Source: Octopus sinensis
Taxonomy: Eukaryota
Assembly: GCF_006345805.1 (NCBI RefSeq)
Contig: NC_043001.1
Location: 10,106,001 to 10,170,000 of the forward strand
Reading direction: 5' to 3'
Length of the DNA stretch: 64,000 bases
Shown: in pieces, positions 35,553 to 48,696 of the stretch
Layout of the letters: every line of letters begins with the position of its first letter
How positions within the stretch are numbered: the stretch's first letter is position 1
Made by a program: the position numbers and the translations under genes
The notes under the pieces: generated by a model
What the model was told of the DNA's origin: nothing
Seen by the model: the letters and a program-made list of their open reading frames with translations, nothing else
The model's database searches: none

Positions 35553-36039
35553 CATTCAGTACTTATCTGATCATCATTTTATGATGCAAGGCGTATCTAA
35601 GTTGTGACTCAGAAAAGAGAAAATTCCAGTAAAGATTTATTCCAATCTATCTTTGTTTCTACCATAGATAAGAGTGTAGATGACTCTGAATCTCATAATA
35701 AAGATGATATCTAATATTTGTGTTTGGAAAATATTTCTTGTAAATGAATATAGATTATAAGTAATGCCTATTCTTCTTAGAGAAATGCCAATGTGAAATA
35801 ACAGCTTTAGGAGCTGAAAAAGTACCAATAACTGGCCTTTGTGATATGTGAAAGGAAGAATGGATCGTGAGATTGTTCCAATTGTCATATTTGAATATTT
35901 ATGTTGGAAGAAAAATCATTAAGATAATTATGCGAAAAAAAAAAAGACTTGTGGAAGAAGTGTATAAGCTAATACTTAGAAACATTGCAGATATTGATTA
36001 AGCTCAACCTACTTGTAAAATGCTCACAACTTCTTGGTG

Positions 36040-37790
36040 GCTTGTATTCTCTAGCCAGTTTTAGACCTTATGATGATACTAATTATAATAGGATTTATAG
36101 CTGGAGAAATTTTATATTCAGTGAAAAAGTATTCATTATACAGAAGACTCAGATCCTGTGACATTTTAATGCACTACTATATTAACATGATTTTCTGTCT
36201 TTGACAACAAACAAAACTGAAGAGGTCAATAGCAAACACTCTACATCTTTTCCACTAACTTATGAAGAAGGCCTTTGATGCTATGTCTAACGATGGCCTG
36301 TTCAAAATCCTTGACAAGATAGAATATTCTTTGAGGTTATGTAAGATGGTGCAGTCATTCCCCATAGACATGAAAAGTGTCACTCAGTTTGATGGCCCCT
36401 ACTTTAACCCCTTCATGATTTGCAGTTGAGTGAAAGTGGACTGTGCCTACCCCAACTCTGTTTGACATCATCTTTGCTGTCATGCTGAAGCACACCTTTG
36501 CAGCATCAATTGATGGTGTTTATCTTCACATACAATCAAATAAGTAAATTGTTCAGTTTGTATCTCTTAAGGGCAAAACCCGAAATATGCAAAATAATCA
36601 TTGGGGACATGGCCTTTGTAGATGATGTGGTATTCTTGGAAGAGCAACTGCAAAGCTTCATGGACATTCTCAAAGAGACTGTTGAGATTTCAGCATTACC
36701 ATCTGTCTGAAGAAGACTAAAGTGTTGCTGGGGCAAGATGTTGAGCGTCCCCCATCATTACCATCAACATCTATGAAATATAGGCAGTTAATGAATTTCC
36801 AGTTCCACCATCAGAGCAATTTCTCTTTGGAGTCTGACATGACATATTGGAAATGCAGCTTCAACACTGGCTAAGGCTGACAAGAATTTGGGAGAACAGT
36901 AAGTTAATACTGCATACCATGGTTGCAGTCTACATAACTTGTATTCTCAGTACACTGCTCTATGAGAGTAAGACTTGGAACATCTATTCTGGATAAATGC
37001 AATTTGTCCTTCAATGCTTTTCACCTATGCAGCCCAGAATGGATCATGAACATCAAGTGGACTGACTTAGTCACCAACAGTGAGCTCCTGCCTTACATCT
37101 GCATAATCCAGCCTCCTCACCCTACTGCACAAATGTTGCCTCCACTGGCTAGGTCATGTACATCACTTGTCAGGTGGGAGAATCCCAAAATCTTGCTACA
37201 TGACACCTCTGGAAAGTGAACACAAGAACAACACTGTCATTTAAAAAATGAAAAGTTTCTTTACATGGATGTTGGAAAGCAGGAGGTTGTTTCTGATGAT
37301 TGCAGCTGCCGTAGATTAAAACTTGACATGGGTTTAAACATTTTACACTTAAACCAGCCAGACCTGGCCCAAATATTCTACCTGTTTTATGCTCAAACCG
37401 GCCAGATCTGGCCTCACTGACCTTACCCTACAATGCCATACTAAAACTAGAGTCACATCATTGAAATCTTGAAGGTACTAAATATTGTATGAATAATTCA
37501 AAACAAACACGAATAAATTGCATTTGACAGATTAACTTGAATGCTAAAGAGTTGAAAAGACGAGAAGAAAATTTGTGGTTTGGTTATCAAGCAAAGCAAA
37601 ATCAACAGAGGAATGGCACCCGAGCAAGACTGGCAGGCTGCCTTCAAGTGCAGTCACTGCAGCCAGAATTGTTCCTCACATGGCAATCTGTTACAGTATG
37701 CACTGATGCACTGTTCTGCTACAAGATTGGAACAAGACTTTCTAGTTGCAGATTCTTAGTCTCACAAAACTAATGGATGCTGCCATATAT
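36040..37790 (+). mobile_element. Decayed RTE-clade LINE (RT, C-terminal zinc knuckle, 3' end)
   Basis: Remnant motifs KAFDAMSNDGLFKILDKI, PTLFDIIFAVMLKH, AFVDD, CILSTLLYESKTW and FKCSHCSQNCSSHGNL. Interrupted by a MITE at about 37337-37551. Confidence 0.8.
37337..37551. mobile_element. piggyBac-type MITE, family 2, decayed termini
   Basis: Internal homology to 33891-34099. Confidence 0.65.
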
Positions 37791-39280
37791 AATAATATTA
37801 ATTATAGAAGCTTTATTGTATTCAATGAAGAAAGAATTCATTATTCTGAAGATTCAAATCTCTGCAATGTATTTCATTCTAATGCAGTATATTTGTAATA
37901 TTTTCTTCTAATATAGCCAAATTAACTGGATTAGTGTTTTGTAAGTAACAAATTGAATTAAACAGTTTTAATTTTTGTTCATTGCATTATAAAGAAAACC
38001 TGTAATTATATGTAAATAGCAGAAAACAAATTGTGATTTTAATTTTTTTATGGTAGAAAAAAACTGGATCCTATATACTAAGTGGAAAAAAAGAATATAG
38101 GAATAAACTTCTGTGTTTATTTCCTTTATGAGGCCTAAACATCAATATCATTGTTTTAACGTCCACTTTCCCATGCTCGCATGGGTCAGATGGAATAGGC
38201 TGAGGCAGATTTTCTGTGAGTGGATGTCCTTTATGTTATCAAACTTAACCTTTCCCTGTTATTCCCTATTATGCTGGGGTTATTGAAACCTGATAAAATT
38301 TTCTTGCGGCAGTGTATGTAGCATAAATTGAGGTGCATTGTATAAACTGAAACTGTATATAAATATAGTTATTATATATAAATAGCTTTCCTAATTTTGC
38401 TGTTTCTGTTTTAGTTTTACAATTCACTTTTAAATCATTTCAGTGCTGGTAAAATAGTAAACAACCTTGAGCAATACAATGCTATGAGCACAGTTAGGAT
38501 TTTTATATTTGTGCATAGAAAATATAATAAACATTTAATGTATTATCACTACCATTGGAAATGTAACATCTTAATGATTCAAATTCTTCATTACACATTA
38601 GTTGACTATTATAAAATCTGTCACTTACACCTTTTCGGAATGGCCACATAATGATATCTAGAAAAGTGGGTAACCTCAAGTTCTCGTGTTTAATGCACAC
38701 TCATTTGTTTGAGGACATATGAATGGCTGGGAGTGTATATTATACATGAATAAATATAACAGTATAACGATCTCTGCTCATCAAGTGGCAAAGAATGTTC
38801 GTTAGAGGTGGATTTAATTTAACATCATTTTAAAAGCAGTAAACATAGAAACTCTCTCACTTCAAAGTAAAAGACAATTTCACAAAGTGTTCTTTTGTAA
38901 GAATTAAATTTGAAAGTATTACAAAACGAACTTTTGAGTCATATTTCATGAGAGGAAACATAATACAACTTGCCTTAAAAGTGGGCGTTAACGTATTTGA
39001 TGTAATTGTATTGTTAGAACAAGAAAGCCAAGATTATTAACACATTCAGTAATGAATCTAATTACTAACTTACCTACCTGGTTCGTTTATCCTACCCCCT
39101 TATACTATCTGATAATGTTTACATATATATGAATATCCATATTTTTATCTCACACATCCTAGTTTTAATTAATGAGTCAGTGTGAGAGATAGTGAAAAGT
39201 CGAAATTACCAGTACTAATATTAAAAGGTTAATTCTTGGGATATATATAGCCAAATTGGTCACAGAAAGACCATTGTTGA

Positions 39281-40785
39281 TCATCATCATCATCATCATC
39301 ATCATCATTTAACGTCCGCTTTCCATGCTAGCATGGGTTGGACGGTTCAACTGGGGTCTGGGGAGCCCGAAAGCTGCACCAGTCCAGTCAGATCTGGCAG
39401 TGTTTCTACAGCTGGATGCCCTTCCTAACGCCAACCACTCCGAGAGTGTAGTGGGTGATTTTATGTGCCACCGACACAGGTGCCAGACGAGGCTGGCAAA
39501 CGGCCACGCTCGGATGGTGTTTTTTATGTGCCACCGACACAGGTGCCAGACGAGGCTGGCAGACGGCCACGCTCGGATGGTGTTTTTATGTGCCACCGAC
39601 ACAGGTGCCAGATGAGGCTGGCAAACGGCCACGATCGGATGGTGCTTGTTACGTGCCCACAGCACGGAGGCCAGTCGATGCGGTACTGGCTACGGCCACG
39701 TTCGGATGGTTTTCTCATGTGCCACGTGCCACCGGCACTGGTACCACAAAGATACAAATTCCATTGATGTTCATCTATTTTGATTTTTTTGATTTTTTTG
39801 ATTTTCACTTGCCTCAACAGGTCTTCACAAGTGTCACAAGAAGGAAGGTATGCACAGGTGGACTGACTACGTCCCAGGTAGGGGCCATGGGTTATGGCCT
39901 GACTAGTCTTGCCGGGTCTTCGGATGGTGTTTTTATGTGCCACCGACACAGGTGCTAGATGAGGCTGGCGAACGGCCACGATCGGATGGTGTTTGTCATG
40001 TGCCCACCGCACTGACTACGGCACTGATGGATTTCTTGTGTGCCACAGGCACTGGTACCACAAGGTACAAATTCCATTGATGTTCAACTATTTTGTCTAT
40101 TTTGATTTGATTTGATTTTCACTTGCCTCAACCGGTCTTCACAAGTGTCACAAGAAGGAAGGTATGCACAGGTGGACTGACTAGTCTTGCCGGGTCTTCG
40201 GAAGGTGTTTTTATGTGCCACCGACACAGGTGCCAGATGAGGCTGGCGAACGGCCATGATCGGATGGTGTTTGTTACGTGCCCACAGCACGGAGGCCGGT
40301 CGATGCGGAACTGGCTACGGCCACGTTCGGATGGTTCTCTTGTGTGCCACCGGCACTGGTACCACAAAGTGTGTGCCACCGGCACTGGTACCACAAAGAT
40401 ACAGATTCCATTGATGTTCATCTATTTTGATTTGTTTTGATTTGATTTTCACTTGCCTCAACAGGTCTTCACAAGTGTCACAAGAAGGAAGGTATGCACA
40501 GGTGGACTGACTACGTCCCAGGTAGGGGCCATGGGTTATGGCCTGACTAGTCTTGCCGGGTCTTCGGATGGTGTTTTTATGTGCCACCGACACAGGTGCT
40601 AGATGAGGCTGGCGAACGGCCACGATCGGATGGTGTTTGTCATGTGCCCACAGCACGGAGGCCAGTCGATGCGGTACTGGCTACGGCCACTTTCGGATGG
40701 TTTTCTCTTGTGTGCCACCGGCACTGGTACCACAAAGATACAAATTCCATTGATGTTCATCTATTTTGATTTGTTTTGATTTGAT
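39281..40785 (-). mobile_element. SINE-B with an expanded array (about 60-bp subrepeats inside 313-339-bp higher-order units)
   Basis: The anchor tacaaattccattgatgttca recurs at 39753, 40066, 40400 (variant tacagattcc) and 40739. Three near-identical ~62-bp units lie at about 39460-39645. Confidence 0.9.
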
Positions 40786-41047
40786 GTGGAATATATTTGC
40801 TAAAGGTTTTCTAAACACACTTTAGCTTTCTTACAAAGATAACAGAATTAATTTTGGTAACAGTAAACAGTTAAAGCTTCCATTGATGATATCACAGTAT
40901 TTTGTAATATTAGTAAACTGTAGACAATAAAGAATACTTGAGTAGAACATGAGGTGAATTTAATTGCTTTATACAAAGTATATACATGTTGCCACATGAA
41001 ATATGAATGAGGAGTATAATATCAAAATGTTTGACTACTGGAGAGGT

Positions 41048-41310
41048 ACTCATCATCATCATTATTGTTTAACGTCCGCTTTCCATGCTAGCATGGGTTG
41101 GACGGTTCAACTGGGGTCTGGGAAGCCAGGAGGCTGCACCAGGCCCAGTCTGATCTGGCAGTGTTTCTACAGCTGGATGCCCTTCCTAATGCCAACCACT
41201 CCATGAGTGTAGTGGGTGCTTTTTTACGTGCTACCAGCACAGGTGCCAGGTGAGGCTGGCAACAGCCACGATCGGTTGGTACTTTTTACATGCCACTGGC
41301 ACGGAGGCCA
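41048..41310 (-). mobile_element. SINE-B
   Basis: Consensus match with (CAT)n on the plus strand. Confidence 0.88.
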
Positions 41311-41907
41311 TATCCAAGAGATACAGATATCAGAACTTGTTGAAATGGTCGCTATGTGTAAGTATCATTTAGAAAACAGAAAATATAATGCACAACAGAA
41401 ATATTTCAGCTCGACTCCGTATGCTCATAGAACTGAGGACATTAGTGGAATGGAAATAAGCTGCTAAAATATGTGAAAGAAAATTAAAAGTTGGGAACTA
41501 CTGGTTATTTTAAATGGCTTCCAGTCAGAGTCGTTCAAAAGTATTTAAAAACACTTGATTGCTGTGATAAGGTAAAATGAGATTGCAACAACTGTCAGGT
41601 TTATTACTATCTGGTGATGTACTGATGTAGAATACCTGGAGCAAAGGTAGGCGAGGAAAGATTTTGGACGAAATTCTTTGATCTGTGCTTAGACAGTTAG
41701 ATGAAGTTATGTAGTAATAAATGTGTTTGCATTATAAGTCAACTGTTTTGCTTTTGTGTGTATATGCTAAACATCCACTTTTTCCCAAAGTTAGCTTGGA
41801 TCAAATGAGACTAACTGTTACACCTACATACAAACGTACAGTGTTGCTCCCTCTTCTCACATATTGCTACCCCAGTTGCTTTGTTTTCCCATTGTCCTCT
41901 CAGGTTG

Positions 41908-42450
41908 TCATCATCATTGTTTGACGTCCGCTTTCCATGCTAGCATGGGTTGGACGATTTTGACTGAGGGCTGGCGAACCAGATGGCTGCTCCAGGTTCC
42001 AATCTTGATCTGGCAGAGTTTCTACAGCTGGATGCCCTTCCTAACGCCAACCACTCCAAGTGTGTAGTGGGTGCTTCTTACATGCCACCGGCACGAGGGC
42101 CAGTCGGGCAGCACTGGAAATGACTTTGCTCAAATCTTTTTACACATGCCACTAGCTCAGGTGCCAGTAAAGCGATGCTGGTAACGATCACACTCGAATG
42201 GCGCCCTTTTATGTTCCACTGGCACAGAAGCCGGTTAGCCGCTCTGTCAAATGATCACACTTGTATGGTGCTTTTTGCACCCCACTAGCACAGATGCCAG
42301 TCATCGAATTTAATTTTGATTTCACTTGCCTTAACAGGTCTTCGCAAGCAGAGTTTAGTGACCTAAGAAGGAAAAGGTACGCATAAGCAGGCTGGTTATG
42401 CTCCTGGCATAGGCCATGAGGTTATGGTCTCATTTGGCTTGCCGGGTCTT
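41908..42450 (-). mobile_element. SINE-B, long copy
   Basis: Includes the subrepeats and the upstream cacttgcc..caggtcttc...ttgccgggtctt block shared with 39800-39925. Confidence 0.85.
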
Positions 42451-43035
42451 GGGTTTATATAAGTGTGATTGTCCCTTTAGAAAACATGCCCAGTTGCTAT
42501 GTATTTATGTGGGGAGCACTTGACCAGTTGCATTATATGCTACTTGGTGTGGAGAGAGTGCTGCTAAAATGGAGAGAACATTTAGTTGTCTTTGTAGAGC
42601 TGTATTCTCATATTGTGTTTGTGTGTATGTATGTTTTGCTTTCAGTAACATAATTTCGTTTTGTTGTTTAATTAATATAGAATATAGGTACGGAGGGAGG
42701 GGTGATAGTGAAACATGACTCATAGCTTCACTGTTTTTGGTGGAAAAGTACTCCCTTATAAGAATAGGCAATTATCTTGTGCCTCCACACATTTCAGATT
42801 TGATATTAGTAAGATAATTATCTATAATCGTCTGAAATATAACTAATTGACTATTTTTGGTGACCAATCTCAAACCTATTTTTCACTCAACTTCATTGTA
42901 CATTCTCATAATTTTTCTGTTGATATCTTTTTTTAAGTGAGAGAATCACCAGAGGGAAAGAGGTGTTATTATTTTTCTTACATAGAAATATTTTTTTATT
43001 TGTATGTCTCCTGATAGTTTGGAAATGTATCTCGG

Positions 43036-43438
43036 TCTTTTACTCTTTTACTTGTTTCAGTCATTTGACTGTGGCCATGCTAGAGCACCGCCTTTAGTCA
43101 AGCAAATCAACCCCAGGACTTATTTTTTGTAAGCCTAGTACTTATTCTATCGGTTTCTTTTGCCGAACCGCTAAGTTACGGGGACATAAACACATCAACA
43201 TCAGTTGTCAAGCGATGCTAGTGGTGGGGACAAACACAGACAGACAAACATATACACACACACACACATACATATATATATACACGATGGGCTTCTTTCA
43301 GTTTCCATCTACCAAATCCACTCACAATGCTTTGGTCGGCCCGAGGCTATTGTGAAAGACACTTGCCAAAGGTGCCATACAGTGGGACTTAACCCGGAAC
43401 CATGTGGTTTGTAAGCAAGTTACTTACCACACAGCTAC
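43036..43438 (-). mobile_element. SINE-A, full length
   Basis: Consensus match. Confidence 0.9.
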
Positions 43439-43868
43439 ATATTTTTAAAGATGCAAATATTTAAGAATAGTTTTCTTTAAAAAAAGTTAACATTATTATT
43501 TATTAACATTTAGTAAAGTAATTTTTCATTTATAATATTTAGTAAAATTTTATGTTTAAAGCAAATTTTATTTTGACATTTTTTTTTTACATCATGTTAA
43601 AATGAATCTAACCATCTCAGTAATTTAGATATTTAAATAATAGTAAAGTTTTCTGAAAAAAAAATACTTAGTTACTTCCAATTCTTACCTAAGTAGCCGG
43701 AAAAAAAAAAGAAAAACCCCTAAAGAATCTAATCAATAAAACTTGGAAAAGAAGACCTCCATTTAAATAAAGCCAGGTGTTAAAACAGTAAAATTAATTG
43801 TAATTGGATTGATGAATGGTGGCTTTCTTGTACCTGCAGTTTGGCACAACAATAGAATGATGAGTTAT

Positions 43869-44450
43869 GGGGTGGCTATGTGGTAAGTAGATTTCTTACC
43901 AACTACATGGTCCCAGGTATCTTCTATTATAGCCTTGGGCCAACCAAAGCCTTGTGAGTGGATTTGGTAGATGGAAACTGAAAGAAGCCCATCATATTTA
44001 TGTGTATATATATATATAATTTAAAAATAGGATAAAATCTTTATAAGAATTTATCAAATAGTTAGCGTGAAAAAGTCTCATAAGAGAAAAAATTGTAATT
44101 CTGTTTTTAAATGGCTTGCTTCGAGAGTTGCATTCCCTTGCATTCGGTACGATGTGTTTATTTATTTTGGTAGTTTTGACTTTAAGAGTCCCTCTTAGAG
44201 TGTGGCATTTATGTATAGTAATGCCCTCTATATGATGTGTGTGTGTGTGTGCGTGTATGTGTTTGTCCCCCTAACATTGCTTGACAACCGATGCTGGTGT
44301 GTTTACATCCCCATAACTTAGCAGTTCGGCAAAAGGAACCAATAGAATAAGTACTAGGCTTACAAAAGAATAAGTCCTGGAGTCCATTTGCTTGGCTAAA
44401 GGTGTTGCTCTAGCATGGCTGTAGTGAAATGGCTGAAACAAGTAAAAGAA
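43869..44450 (+). mobile_element. SINE-A with a ~210-bp unrelated insertion (about 44019-44230) in its internal (TA)n
   Basis: 5' module 43869-43990 and 3' module about 44235-44450 are separated by foreign sequence. Confidence 0.8.
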
Positions 44451-45499
44451 AGATATGTATATTTATGTGTGTGTGACCGGCTCTTGTTGGTAGTGAAGGC
44501 TATCAGGGAACGGTAATTTACACATCTTGTATTTCATTTGAATCTGGTGTTCTTACAGATTTCATATTCTTTAGTGATTTGCTTGATAATTTATCTTAGA
44601 TTGTTTAAGTTAATAAGTTAATTATGCCATTTCTCTGCTACTTTCTTAGTTATAAAAGCAAGACATTTTTTTGAGGTTGTTGTGTTGTACTTTAAGCACT
44701 TATTATAAATTTGCATTTAGAAAGGACTCTGAAACATAATCACTGAATGAATCCTAATGAAAGCACCACCAGTGCTCAGGGACGCAACCAGTTTAGTAGT
44801 AAATGATATTTAAATTTATAGCTGTAGAAGGATATTAATTTATTATTTAGATTGGAGTATTGTAATTATAAAATCTTCAGCTTCTTCTATCATAATTGTC
44901 AATTAAATGTTCTATTACTTTGAATTCTGTTTCTGAAAATTTGGCATTTTCATTTGGAAATTGAAGGTTTAAAAGCATTAGTTGCTATTTAGGTTTGAAT
45001 AACTAATGCAATGTAAATAAGTCATTGTATGGAACTTCAACTCTGGGAAGCCTGTCATTGTTAGTGGACAGCTAGCTAGGTTTAATGTCTAAATTTAGCA
45101 TAGAACCATATGTGCTTCGATAGCTTATGTGATTTTATAGGAGATCAATACTAAAATTTAATAGAAAGTTTCTCTACCTTATCAAATGGTGAATTATCTG
45201 TACTCTGATTTGTTTTGAGCATGAATTGGACTGGTAAGATGAACCAAGAGAGAAAGTTTACTGATTAATTCCAAAGCATCAATCAGATTTTTTCTTTTTA
45301 TTAATTCCTTATGAAAGCGAAATTTAGATTACTTACTTGTTTGATATATAAAGTCATTCACAATGATTAGACATTTGTTTTTAATTTTCCGAAATTAAAC
45401 AGGATAATATTCATTAACATATATATTATAGAATGTGAAATATACTTTATTGTTATTAATAAGACTTTGATTAATTTTTTTAGCTTTTACCAATTTGCT

Positions 45500-45830
45500 T
45501 TCCATCTCATAGGATACAACAGTTCATTGTTGGACAACGTTCTTCATGTTTCTTCCTGTCTGTTGCCATTCTTGTACCTCTCTTAATTGCCTTGTTGTAT
45601 TTTTCTGTGTTGTCCTTCTTTCTCCTTTTGTGTCACATCCACCATAGCTCTTCTTTACCCATTTGTTGTCCTTTGTTCTATCAAAATTGTTTTGTCCAGT
45701 TCCACTTTGTTTTTTGTTACTTTTTTAAGTGTATCTTCAACACTTGCCATCTTCTCTTTATACATGTAATTCTTTCATCAAAATATTCACCATTCTTCTT
45801 TCCATTGCAACTTTGTAATGCCAGTCACAT
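45500..45830 (-). mobile_element. LINE RT C-terminal remnant
   Basis: The minus strand gives VEDTLKKVTK..KWNW...RTKDNKWVK-like remnants resembling RTE C-termini. Confidence 0.45.
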
Positions 45831-45894
45831 TTATGTTTTAAAATAAACATGGCGACAATACCTCCCTGCCACCTTTTTTTTCCCGCATATCACC

Positions 45895-46123
45895 TTACTG
45901 GCACCTATGCCTGTACCGCCTGACTGGCCCCGTGCCAGTGGCATGTAAAAAGCACCCGCTATACTCTCGGAGTGGTTGGCGTTAGGAAAGGCATCCAACT
46001 GTAGAAACTCTGCCAGATCAAGATTGAAGCCCGGTGCAGACATCATCTGGTTTGCCAGCCCTTAGTCATTCGTCCAACCCATGCTAGCATGGAAAGCGGA
46101 CATTAAATGATGATGATGATGAT
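45895..46123 (+). mobile_element. SINE-B
   Basis: Consensus match with (GAT)n tail. Confidence 0.88.
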
Positions 46124-48299
46124 AAATTTTCATCAACAATTTTATAAACCAATACTTTTTTTTTCTTTGTTGGGGATATAAACATTATGTGCAGCAGTAT
46201 GGGATTCTTAGAAAAATAGATAATCAAATATGCCATCCATCTTATGATATAATCTTGTAGTTCATGTTTTTCTGTTGATATATATTTCATTTAGAAGTGG
46301 TTGATAATTTAGAAGATGAGATTGAAAAGAATAGCAAATTAATCTCAACTACTTGAATTTGACACATTTAATTTTTATCTCTCGTCTGTATGAGGTTAAA
46401 TGCTGCTTCACTGTTGCTATTTAAGATGTCTTTCAGAAGTTATTGAAATTTACCCTGAATGGTAGTCTACATTTGGTATTTCCTTTGGAATCTGTCCAAA
46501 CTAGTATATTCAGATTTGTTTTACTTAGCAAAAATGCTATCCAATAACAATTGATTAGCTAACCAAGGCATTTCCAAATGTAATTTTACCCTCAGAAATA
46601 TCTGAAATGTAATTTAGCTCCTGACATAACTTTATATATTTATTTTATGCATTCATTTATTTATTTTCATATTGATTTAGTTACTTATTGTTTTAAAATT
46701 CACAATTTAATATTTATCCTGCTTTTAGAATTATTTTATAGTTCTATGTATATTACTTAGTTCTTGCAAAGTTTTGCCCTTCTGTATAACGTAAGATACT
46801 CATGTGATTTGTGCATTTTTTTATATAATTTAAACAACTGAATATCAAGTGTAGCCTTAATATTGTCTGTACATTCTTCTTTTATTAAAGTGTAGACTAC
46901 AAACTAAGATATAAGCTGGCATTTGTCAAATTGTTTGAATTCAAACTGTTGTTAGGCATTAAGGTATTACCAATATTATATTTCAGCATTATTATTCAAT
47001 GGAAGAAAACAATGACAATATCCATTTTGGATGCAGGAAAACAGGAGCTGGAATTCAATATAAAGTCTTGATTGAATTTCACATTTAAAAATTTGCAATA
47101 TAACTCACCAGAAAATCCTTTTCAGATATTTAGATATCAGAATGTCCTGTGAAAGACATTCAGTTGTAATTTCCTTGCTATTCTTCTAAAAGTTTTCCAT
47201 ATATAATGGCTAAGATGGTAAGGGCAGTAGAACAGTAGCATAGGCAGTAAAACCGTTTGGGTGTTTTCCTGTTCTGAGTTCAATGTATGTTAGCATCAGC
47301 TTTTCTATATATTTCTGGTGTATTTTCCTCTTCATTATCTGCTCCTTCAACAGTGTTGTTCTTGATGGGAGTATGTATTTGTCCTTTAATCTATAACATA
47401 TCGACGGATGAACTTATTTCAGTGTCTTGTTAAAAATGATATGTATGACCATAATTCCTCAAAACATACATTACATAAGTTTTCTCAATTTTAAGAAGTT
47501 TAATTTAGCTTTATCTGTGTGCCGAGCCTGTTTTCTTTTCGAGTAACCTCCAAGAAGTATTTTGTAGGACTTATTTGGTGTCCTTTATATGTGTAACATC
47601 ATTTTTTATCCTTGTTATTGAAATTGCTACAATACAAACTAGGGTATAAACATAAGAGCATTGCAACACATCAAAGTTCACATTGCAATCTCAATGCAAC
47701 CTGCAAGAAAAATTTAAGTTCTGATGACTTAAACATCACGTGTTAGACAGTGATATCATTAGTCTTATCAACATTATTATAACTTTAGAAGAAAAGGGTA
47801 CATTAATTATACCAGAATTTGAATTAAAATTGCTGGTAGTTTAAGCTAATTGCATACAAATGAAGAACTGAAAATGCATAGTGATGTAATTGAGTGAATA
47901 TATTAAATTTTACTAACTTGTTAGAAGTCATTTGTATCTTATTTATTATTATTTTTTTATTTTTGAAAATTTATTTTCTGCTCTCATGTAACACTAGTTC
48001 TGCTTTTACCATGTCTTAAGCAATCTGGATTCTCTTTGTTTATTGTGTATCTAACAAAGAAACACAGTGAATTCTTCAGAACATCCTGTTCATATTACCC
48101 AAAAACCTTCATGGAAATTAGTCAGGATTTGTCTCTCTACCTTATTCCTTGTTCATCTTCATATTATGGCAGCAGAGAAATTCATGATGTTGCTCTTCAC
48201 TGTCAATTGTTTTCACCATTTTCTCTCCTTCCCTCCTTTTCCAGCTGAGGTGGCCATGTATCACTTCTACTACAAGAGAAAATTTTATTTACATTCGAT

Positions 48300-48696
48300 G
48301 GATATTTGTCCTCATCTTGTTTGTTGTTAACACAATGTTTCAGCTGATATACCCTCTAGCCTTCATCAGGTGTCTTGGTGAAATTTCAAACCTGGGTTCT
48401 CATTCCTAAGGTATTTTTCGATGTTATTACTATTATTCAGGTCACTGCCTGGAATCAAACTTGGAATCTTGGTTAGTAGCCTGCACTCGTAACCACTACA
48501 CCATATACCTGTGGGCAATAACAATATCAAAAAATACCTTAGGAATGAGAACCCAAGTTCAAAATTTCCCAAAACACCTGATGAAGGCTGGAAAGTAAAT
48601 CAGTCACAACATTGTGTTAACAACAAACAAGATGAGGACAAATATCTGTTAAATGTAAATAATGTACATGACTCCTCATCTCTTGAATATAGAACT
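48300..48696 (-). mobile_element. Family D foldback element, second copy
   Basis: Inverted arms flank a minus-strand tRNA-like head at about 48435-48517. Hammerhead motifs at 48329-48374 (-) and 48573-48618 (+). Confidence 0.85.
48329..48374 (-). ncRNA. Hammerhead motif, CUGAUGA and GAAAC intact, GUU changed to AUU
   Basis: GACAC-CTGATGA-A-GGCTA-GAGGGTATAT-CAGCT-GAAAC-ATT-GTGTT. Confidence 0.6.

Noticed and set aside
39802-39825. Hammerhead-like CTGTTGA...GAAA on the minus strand of SINE-B
   Set aside because: A6 is missing in all copies and neither helix II nor helix I can form.
39455-40780. CRISPR-like regular repeats and the overlapping ORFs
   Set aside because: The units are contiguous with no unique spacers, there are no cas genes, the context is eukaryotic, and the array is part of SINE-B.
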